Part shown: positions 1 to 6,316 of the stretch, one piece after another | How the letters are laid out: each line of letters begins with the position of its first letter | How positions within the stretch are numbered: the stretch's first letter is position 1 | Notes under the pieces: generated by a model | Told to the model about the DNA's origin: nothing | Seen by the model: only the letters and a program-made list of their open reading frames with translations | Database searches by the model: none | Translations under genes and position numbers: made by a program | Assembly: GCA_964508365.1 (NCBI GenBank) | Contig: CAZDTP010000090.1 | Coordinates: forward strand, 1-11,248 | Direction of reading: 5' to 3' | Source of the DNA: an uncultured archaeon | Lineage (GTDB): Archaea; Asgardarchaeota; Lokiarchaeia; Sigyniarchaeales; SOKP01 | Length of the DNA stretch: 11,248 bases

Positions 1-70
1 TTATTGTAACATTAAAATGATAACAGCGAGTTTAAAACCAAGAGAAGACTAAAAAAAGAGAGGTATAAGA

Positions 71-559
71 ATGTTAAAAACATTGATCGTTTATTATTCC
101 CTTACGGGTAATACGCAGTTTATTGCGGAAGCTCTAAGGGATTCAATTGAAGCCGATGTTCTCGAATTAAAACCTATTAAAGAACTTAAAGCTGATAGTG
201 GTACGAGATTTATGTGGGGCGGGTATCAGTCTACCATGAAAATAAAACCAAAATTAATGGATTTTGATATTAATCCCCTCAAATACGACCTTATAATTTT
301 AGGAACACCGGTATGGGCGTGGAATATTAGTCCGCCAATGCGTTCATTCTTATCCAAGTTTGACCTCACAGGTAAAAAAGTAGCACTTTGGATGTGTCAC
401 GCAGGAGATGGAGTAAAAGCAATGAATAGATTCAAGGAGGCTCTAAAAGGTGCCAACATAGTTGAAAGCGTTTCTTTTCAGGAACCCTTAAAGAAAGATT
501 CTGATGAAAACAAGGAAAAAGTAATCGCTTGGATTAAAGGCGTTGTTAAAGATGTTTGA
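71..559 (+). CDS. Flavodoxin (FMN-binding)
   Basis: N-terminal FMN phosphate loop LIVYYSLTGNT, DLIILGTPVWAW, ALWMCHAG; 162 aa; GAGAGGT Shine-Dalgarno-like element upstream of the ATG. Confidence 0.92.
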   Translation: MLKTLIVYYSLTGNTQFIAEALRDSIEADVLELKPIKELKADSGTRFMWGGYQSTMKIKPKLMDFDINPLKYDLIILGTPVWAWNISPPMRSFLSKFDLTGKKVALWMCHAGDGVKAMNRFKEALKGANIVESVSFQEPLKKDSDENKEKVIAWIKGVVKDV

Positions 560-593
560 TCGATATTGGGGCAATTTAAGAAACTTTTAAAAT

Positions 594-1244
594 TTAGAAA
601 GCATTTATCAAAACCAATAAGCCTACTAAGATAAAAATAGACACGGCAACCACTTTTAGATAAAATTTAGGAACTTTTTTAGCAATTGCGGCACCAGCAA
701 AAATCCCGATCCAAGCCACGCTAATAAGAGCTAAAAATGCACCTAACCACACTTCGAATGGTGCAGCATAGATTGAAGCGAGCGTTATCGTTAAAAGTTG
801 GGTTTTATCTCCTAATTCCATAAGAAATATAAACCCAAACCCTGCGAGGTATGGATTTTTCTTAAGCCGCGCAAATTTAGCTGCTTCTTTAGATTCTGCT
901 TCTTCTTGTTCACCATTGTTTTGCTTAATACCCTTATTATCGGAGTTGATTTTCCTCTCATTTATATAAAGTGATTTTATGTCCCGCAATTCAAATAAGC
1001 CAATTGCAATGAATAATAGCCCAGAAATTAAAGATATAAGACCTAATGGAACAAACTCTGTAATTAACGATCCAAAAAGAATTCCTATAGTTACGATTAC
1101 AGCAAATCCGAGAGTCGCACCGATTCCCACTTTATAGACCTTTTTATACTCTAAAGCGAGATTGAACACAATTAATTGCGTTTTATCTCCTAACTCGCCG
1201 ATAAACAAAATTCCGTAAGTAATAAGAAAAACCACTATATCCAT
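594..1244 (-). CDS. TMEM165/GDT1 (UPF0016) family Ca2+/Mn2+ transporter
   Basis: Two copies of the family signature E-phi-G-D-K-T (FIGELGDKTQL, FLMELGDKTQL), each followed by about 3 hydrophobic helices, joined by a hydrophilic linker. Confidence 0.93.
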   Translation of the reverse strand: MDIVVFLITYGILFIGELGDKTQLIVFNLALEYKKVYKVGIGATLGFAVIVTIGILFGSLITEFVPLGLISLISGLLFIAIGLFELRDIKSLYINERKINSDNKGIKQNNGEQEEAESKEAAKFARLKKNPYLAGFGFIFLMELGDKTQLLTITLASIYAAPFEVWLGAFLALISVAWIGIFAGAAIAKKVPKFYLKVVAVSIFILVGLLVLINAF

Positions 1245-1267
1245 TAATAATGGAATTTAGGAAAACA

Positions 1268-1281
1268 GAAAAATATTTTTC
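1268..1281. promoter_or_regulatory. Perfect 14-bp palindrome GAAAAATATTTTTC in the 68-bp divergent intergenic region (candidate operator)
   Basis: Seen directly; its function is inferred only from its position between two divergent transporter genes. Confidence 0.3.
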
Positions 1282-1312
1282 ATTTTTAATCAATTATTAA
1301 ATCGATATAAAA

Positions 1313-2722
1313 TTGCATGAGATCATGACTATTGATAAATTATCATTAAAATCAAAATTTGCTTTTGGCGGTCTTGGAGCGGGCATTGGATTACCTTCTC
1401 AAATTGCGTTTTCGGCCATAACTTTCTTTTACAATGCGATGTTAGGATTAAGCACCGAGTTGACTGGAATCGCTTGGCTTATTTTCTCGATTTGGAACGC
1501 GATTAACGATCCTTTATTCGGATTCATCGAGGATCGCACGAAATCAGAAAAATATGGCAGGAGAATCCCTTATATTCGATTTGGTGCTCCAATCTTTGGA
1601 ATCGCATTTATTTTTTGTTGGATTCCTCTTGCAGATGTGAATAACCAATTAGCTCTGTTTTTCAATTTGACAATGGTTCTATTTGTTTTTGATACATTAT
1701 TTACGATATTAGGGCTCATAAATTTTACCCTTCCGGCTGAAATGGCACTGACCGCAAAGGAGAGAGCTAATTTATTAGTATATGGTTCTGCAATTTCTTC
1801 TATTTCATATGTAATTGCTTTCATATTACCTCTGTTGTTGCTAACTGGGAATGAATCACCAAATGCTACTCAAGAATTTATCGTTGCAATGATTTTTATA
1901 GGCATTATCTCTGCAATAATATTATTCGTAAGTAGTTTCTACTTGAAAGAAAATAAATATACGCAAATGGAAGAGACGCTCCCGGTTATTATGGGAATAA
2001 AAGAGACGTTTAAAAACACACCCTTTTTAATTTACGAAGTCTCCAACTTCTCTTTCACTTTTGCACAGACAATCCTCACCACTGCTATATTTTACTACGT
2101 TAATTATGTATTACTTCTGTCTGGTTTCCTAACAACACTTCCATTACTATTAGTGTTCGTAATGATTTTTGCTTTTTTTATGGTATTTAATAAACTAGTA
2201 GCAAAATATGGAGCAAAAAAAACCTATGCCTTAGCATTGTTTTGGTCAGGAATAAGCTTTCTTCTGACTTTTTTCATTGGATGGACTATTTATTTTGCCA
2301 TAATCGGATTCGTTCTTATTGGTATTGGATTTTCAGGTTTCATGCTTACAAACCAAGTAGTTATAGCTGACATAGTTGATTACGACGAAACCAGAACAGG
2401 AAAACGCAGAGAAACAACTTATTCAGGGATAAACGCATTAATTACAAAACCCGCAATCTCTATTGCAAATTGGTTGTTTTTATTGATAATAAACAACTTT
2501 GGATTCGATTCGCAACAACCGACTCAAAATTCCTCAACTCAAATGGGTATCATGATTGGATTCTCGCTAATTCCGGCAATATTTTTAATATTTAGTGCGA
2601 TTGTAATGCTTTTTTATCCATTAGATGGCCCTCAATGGCTTGTTCAGAAAGCAGAATTGATTAAAATTCACGAGAAAAAAGAACTCGACTACCTTAAGTT
2701 CTTAGAAGATAAAAAAAAGTAA
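1313..2722 (+). CDS. MFS transporter, glycoside-pentoside-hexuronide (GPH/MFS_2) cation symporter family
   Basis: WNAINDPLFGFIEDRTKSEKYGRRIPYI motif, IADIVDYDETRTGKRRETTYSG motif, about 12 hydrophobic segments. The start is TTG at 1313 or the in-frame ATG at 1325. Confidence 0.92.
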   Translation: MHEIMTIDKLSLKSKFAFGGLGAGIGLPSQIAFSAITFFYNAMLGLSTELTGIAWLIFSIWNAINDPLFGFIEDRTKSEKYGRRIPYIRFGAPIFGIAFIFCWIPLADVNNQLALFFNLTMVLFVFDTLFTILGLINFTLPAEMALTAKERANLLVYGSAISSISYVIAFILPLLLLTGNESPNATQEFIVAMIFIGIISAIILFVSSFYLKENKYTQMEETLPVIMGIKETFKNTPFLIYEVSNFSFTFAQTILTTAIFYYVNYVLLLSGFLTTLPLLLVFVMIFAFFMVFNKLVAKYGAKKTYALALFWSGISFLLTFFIGWTIYFAIIGFVLIGIGFSGFMLTNQVVIADIVDYDETRTGKRRETTYSGINALITKPAISIANWLFLLIINNFGFDSQQPTQNSSTQMGIMIGFSLIPAIFLIFSAIVMLFYPLDGPQWLVQKAELIKIHEKKELDYLKFLEDKKK

Positions 2723-2730
2723 AAATAACT

Positions 2731-2753
2731 AAAAAAATTTATTTTGTTTTTTT
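2731..2753. terminator. Probable bidirectional oligo(T) terminator between the convergent MFS and UbiA genes
   Basis: T-rich run TTTATTTTGTTTTTTT (2738-2753) just after the + strand stop, and A7 (T7 on the - strand) at 2731-2737. Archaeal intrinsic terminators are oligo(T) tracts. Confidence 0.4.
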
Positions 2754-2783
2754 CACAATTGAGACTTCAATAAAATCAATTCC

Positions 2784-3701
2784 CTAAATTGATAGGGCTG
2801 ATTGAATTATTATTGATAAGATATATACTAAGAGTGACGCGTGAAACATTGGTAAGGCTTTTAACCAAGCTTTCGGCTCTTTTCCCCTCAATATTTTAAT
2901 ATTAGCTAATATGATAAGTATCCATGAAACTGCGAATCCGTATATTGCTACACCACCTAAATCAAACAATACAAATATTGCTGAGGTGATAAGTTGAGCT
3001 GCTGAAAAAGAATGCACCCAAATTTTGTTTCCCTTAATGCCGTATAATCCCGCAATTGTTTTGAGCTCCTTTGCTTGATCATTCTCGATGTCTACCAGAT
3101 CATTAGCTCCAAGATGAGCTAACGCCCAAGGATACATAAAGAGAAGATAATATATAATAGTCGGGTTTAATTGACCAAATAATAAATATCCCGCAATAGG
3201 AAACAAGAGTAGATCCGTTCGTCCGAGAATTTGGGCAATTGGAAAGTTTTGCTTCCTCTTTACCATCTGATAAAATACTTCCATTGAATACGCATATGCC
3301 ATTATAATATAGATATAGAACAGATTTGGAAAAGGGATAAATGCAATTAAGACCAGAGTTATTAACACTAATATAATAAATACTAAAATAGCTTCCCTTA
3401 AAGAAACTTTTCCTGAAGGAATTGGTCGTTCTTTATATGGTCGCCAATAATTTGTTAATGTGTCTTCCGTGTCCTTTTTATCTATGTTATGGTCAACAAT
3501 ATCGTTTAGCACCATACCTGCTTCAAAACCAAATAATCCAATAAAAATCGCTAATATCAATAATTCCCAAGAGAAGAACCCTCCATTCCGAAAAGCTAGC
3601 ATCAAGCCTGAGACAAAAAGTAGTGGCCAGACTGGAGCAAAATGCGCTCTCGTGAGATCGATATACGCTTTAAGTTTTTCTTTAATTGACATAAATTTCA
3701 A
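2784..3701 (-). CDS. UbiA-superfamily membrane prenyltransferase (substrate unresolved)
   Basis: First Asp-rich motif NDIVDHNID followed by RPIPSG, YxxxK-like YQMVK, second motif NDLVDIEND..KTIAGLYG, about 8-9 TM helices. The start is TTG at 3701 or more likely ATG at 3692. Confidence 0.9.
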   Translation of the reverse strand: MKFMSIKEKLKAYIDLTRAHFAPVWPLLFVSGLMLAFRNGGFFSWELLILAIFIGLFGFEAGMVLNDIVDHNIDKKDTEDTLTNYWRPYKERPIPSGKVSLREAILVFIILVLITLVLIAFIPFPNLFYIYIIMAYAYSMEVFYQMVKRKQNFPIAQILGRTDLLLFPIAGYLLFGQLNPTIIYYLLFMYPWALAHLGANDLVDIENDQAKELKTIAGLYGIKGNKIWVHSFSAAQLITSAIFVLFDLGGVAIYGFAVSWILIILANIKILRGKEPKAWLKALPMFHASLLVYILSIIIQSALSI

Positions 3702-3823
3702 CTTTCTTTAAAGTGTTTTGAATGTTAATAATCAAAGATATTCTCGATTTATAAATTAAATGGAGTCTTAAAGCAATTTTGAATAATTATTATATATTTT
3801 AAATATAAAGGAAGAATCTATAA

Positions 3824-4945
3824 TCAGTTTGAATATTGGTTTCCTCTCTCTTTATATTGCTCCTTAGTCATGGCTATATCAGAAAAGTTCGGTAGAGAAC
3901 CTATAATTGAACCACCAATCCACGCAGATAGTTCCCTTCCTGGTGATGCGATTACATTTACTTCAACGGACTCAGGAACATGCTTGGAAATTTCGTGTAA
4001 CAAACGTCCTTTGATACCAGGAAAATTCGAAGAACCTCCAGAAAGAATTATATTACCATACAAGGCTCTCTGAAGATTCATATCGCATAACGATATTGAT
4101 TCAATTATGTTCTCACTCAGCGATGGAATTTCCTTTCCTATCAAAATGGGATTAAAAAGACATTCAGGCGCCGTGAATCGTTCATCTCTAATCTTAATAT
4201 CTTCCCCATCAGGAGTTTTATATATTTCTTCTAAAATGGAGGAGTCCTTCATTTGCTCTAACTCTTTATTACAATCAGAAGAGACATAGCATAATGTTTC
4301 TTTTATTTCAATAGCAAGTTGTTTTTCTGCAGTGGATGTTAATGGATATCCCGCTTGCCGTAATAACTTAATTAAATATTTAGTTATATCTTGTCCAGCA
4401 ATATCCATTAGTTGAATCGCATGCGAAAGGACATAGCCTTCCGAAATAGGGACTATTTTTGTTACACCCTCTCCAATGTCTACAATGCATCCCGTTGTTC
4501 GACCTGATGCATATAACGATAAAGTAGGTTGCATTACAATAAGAAGAGACTCTACACCAATTTTTTCGAACATAATTTGTGCCATTTTATTTCTATTAAT
4601 TTCTGGATTCAACGGAGTTTCAGCTAAGATTAGAGGGTGTCTTGTTGGGTCGACTCGAAGCTTATCATAAAAAACCGCTTGCCAAAAACCTTCAATCGCA
4701 ATCCAATCTGTAATGATCCCTCTTTCTATAGGCGATTTGCCTTGAACAAAATTTTTCTGGATAACAGTTCTGTTTCTAATTTCGTCCATTCCTATAGCAG
4801 GGCGTATAATAGTGGATTTTGCTTTCAAAGGGGTTGATGGAGATGTTGGAATTATAAAACGAGGGTCGTCCTCTCCAGCAAAACCAATTTTTGAGAGCGC
4901 TGTTCCATTATCCATTACAATAGGCTTTGAATAATGACTATCCAT
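3824..4945 (-). CDS. Actin homolog / actin-related protein (Asgard eukaryotic-signature protein)
   Basis: Co-linear with eukaryotic actin over 373 aa: VMDNGT..KIGFAGEDDPR, PIERGII.DW, HPLILAETPLNP..NR.KMAQIMFE, LSLYASGRTTG, EGYVLSHAI, IKETLCYV, ERFTAPECLFNP, LYGNIILSGGSS.FPG, SAWIGGSI. Confidence 0.96.
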   Translation of the reverse strand: MDSHYSKPIVMDNGTALSKIGFAGEDDPRFIIPTSPSTPLKAKSTIIRPAIGMDEIRNRTVIQKNFVQGKSPIERGIITDWIAIEGFWQAVFYDKLRVDPTRHPLILAETPLNPEINRNKMAQIMFEKIGVESLLIVMQPTLSLYASGRTTGCIVDIGEGVTKIVPISEGYVLSHAIQLMDIAGQDITKYLIKLLRQAGYPLTSTAEKQLAIEIKETLCYVSSDCNKELEQMKDSSILEEIYKTPDGEDIKIRDERFTAPECLFNPILIGKEIPSLSENIIESISLCDMNLQRALYGNIILSGGSSNFPGIKGRLLHEISKHVPESVEVNVIASPGRELSAWIGGSIIGSLPNFSDIAMTKEQYKERGNQYSN

Positions 4946-4969
4946 GTTAATCTCTATTAAAAAAATGAT

Positions 4970-4977
4970 TATTTATA
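4970..4977 (-). promoter_or_regulatory. Candidate archaeal TATA box (TATAAATA) for the actin gene
   Basis: Lies 25-32 nt upstream of the ATG with no clear Shine-Dalgarno in between, the spacing expected for a leaderless archaeal transcript. AT-rich background lowers specificity. Confidence 0.35.
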
Positions 4978-5084
4978 CAAAAAAGGTAATGCTTGATATT
5001 TTTAAATATACCTAAAAAGAGAATTTGGGGTTGGGCTTTTTTTTTGTATGCTGAGAAAATTTTTTGGCAAAGATATCTTTCAAT

Positions 5085-5432
5085 TCAATAATTTTTGGAT
5101 TGAATTATATGAAACCATTGATTCCAAATATTTAATAATTCTAAAAACTTTTCTCTGGAAATTGAGTATTCCTTGAATTTACCTTTCAAAGAACTATGAA
5201 TAAATTTATGTTTTTCCAAAATTCTAACATGATGGGAGATGGAAGGTTGATTTCTATCCAAGCTTTTTTCAATATCAGAGAGTAAACATGGTTTATTATG
5301 TAATAGATTTAAAATTAAAAATCTGTCTTCATTGCCTATGATTTCCATACATTCTCGTAAGAACTTAGAGGAGGTATTATTCTTGAATTCTTTTTTTATA
5401 GTTTTAATTTTATCTTTTGTTAATTCTTCCAT
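5085..5432 (-). CDS. ArsR/SmtB family winged-helix transcription regulator
   Basis: GNEDRFLILNLL..KPCLLSDIEKSLDRNQPSISHHVRILEKHKFI....KGKFKEYSI matches the ArsR wHTH pattern. Confidence 0.88.
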   Translation of the reverse strand: MEELTKDKIKTIKKEFKNNTSSKFLRECMEIIGNEDRFLILNLLHNKPCLLSDIEKSLDRNQPSISHHVRILEKHKFIHSSLKGKFKEYSISREKFLELLNIWNQWFHIIQSKNY

Positions 5433-5474
5433 GATTTTCTTCCTATTCTCTTCTTTCTATTATTTTTTAAGTAC

Positions 5475-6299
5475 TTATGATGAGAGATTTTTAATCCAAT
5501 TCTCCCATAAATGCACAAATTCCATAACTTTTGGCTTATTTAATGAGTAATAAATATATTTTCCCTTTTTCCATCCTTTAATGAATCCTGTTTTCTCTAA
5601 TTTCTTAATATGGTGTGAAGAAGTAGATTGAGATTTATCGATAAACATCTGTATCTCATCCAATCTTAAAGGATGAGATTTCATTATATCTACTATTAAA
5701 AATCTGTCAGGATTTGAGAACGATCTCAACCATTCAATTAGATTGATTTGTTCACCAAAGACTTCTATTTTAAGCATAGGATCTAAGGCTTCATTTGCTT
5801 GTTCAAGATAATTCCTTTTTTCTAAGGGATTATTCATCTGAGAGGGTAAAGTATTTTTATCTGGTTGGATTAATTGTTTAATCTGTTCAAATTTTTCATT
5901 ACCTTTCTTAAGGTTATTTTTCACTTGATGATTATACATTGCGAGTTCTATTGTAGGTAGAAGGTCATCTTCATTCGTGATAGGTTTTACTATATATCCA
6001 TAAGGTTCCGATAATTTGGCTCGATCTAAGGTTTTTTTATCTCCATATGCAGTTATAAATATAATAGGAATATTATAGTTTGTATTAATAAATTGCGCTG
6101 TTTCAATTCCATCCATAGTTCCTGCTAGAATTATATCCATTAATATCAAGTCAAGATTTAAATTCTTGATTTTGGAAATTGCTTCTTCTCCAGAAGAAAC
6201 AATAGCAATAGGATTATAGTTTAATTTTTTTAGAAGAATCGCTATTGCTTCAGCGGTAATTAATTCGTCTTCAACGATCATTACTTTTATTTGTGCCAT
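5475..6299 (-). CDS. Response regulator: intact receiver domain fused to a C-terminal ArsR-type wHTH
   Basis: REC: IVEDE, LMD(55)IIL, FITAY, IVKP. C-terminus: SNPDRFLIVDIM..PLRLDEI...DKSQSTSSHHIKKLEKTGFIKGWKKGKYIYYSL. Confidence 0.92.
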   Translation of the reverse strand: MAQIKVMIVEDELITAEAIAILLKKLNYNPIAIVSSGEEAISKIKNLNLDLILMDIILAGTMDGIETAQFINTNYNIPIIFITAYGDKKTLDRAKLSEPYGYIVKPITNEDDLLPTIELAMYNHQVKNNLKKGNEKFEQIKQLIQPDKNTLPSQMNNPLEKRNYLEQANEALDPMLKIEVFGEQINLIEWLRSFSNPDRFLIVDIMKSHPLRLDEIQMFIDKSQSTSSHHIKKLEKTGFIKGWKKGKYIYYSLNKPKVMEFVHLWENWIKNLSS

Positions 6300-6316
6300 T
6301 TTGCTCTTTTTTATAC

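Noticed and set aside
3818-3826. The actin stop TGA is followed by TTA TAG, so selenocysteine read-through would give a ...Sec-Leu end resembling actin's Cys-Phe end, and Lokiarchaeia have Sec machinery.
   Set aside because: The TGA aligns with residue 372, not Cys374, and no SECIS-like ATGA/GA stem-loop is visible in the AT-rich downstream gap. Probably coincidence; a Cys at this position in orthologs would reopen it.
3824-4945. Possibility that the actin gene is eukaryotic contamination or that the window is eukaryotic.
   Set aside because: There are no introns, spacing is operon-like, SD sites and TTG starts are present, neighbours are prokaryotic, and the protein is far more divergent than any conventional eukaryotic actin.
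5025-5045. G-rich patch GGGGTTGGGC followed by T9 on the + strand, resembling a terminator or G-quadruplex.
   Set aside because: There is no complementary arm for a hairpin, only two G-tracts, and no + strand gene ends here.
5069-5080. 12-bp palindrome AAAGATATCTTT between ArsR and actin, and the ATATTT-N(1-2)-AAATAT motifs at 4996-5009 and 3794-3806.
   Set aside because: Palindromes this short and AT-rich are expected several times per 10 kb by chance, and the second motif is indistinguishable from TATA-like sequence. Useful only as EMSA probes.
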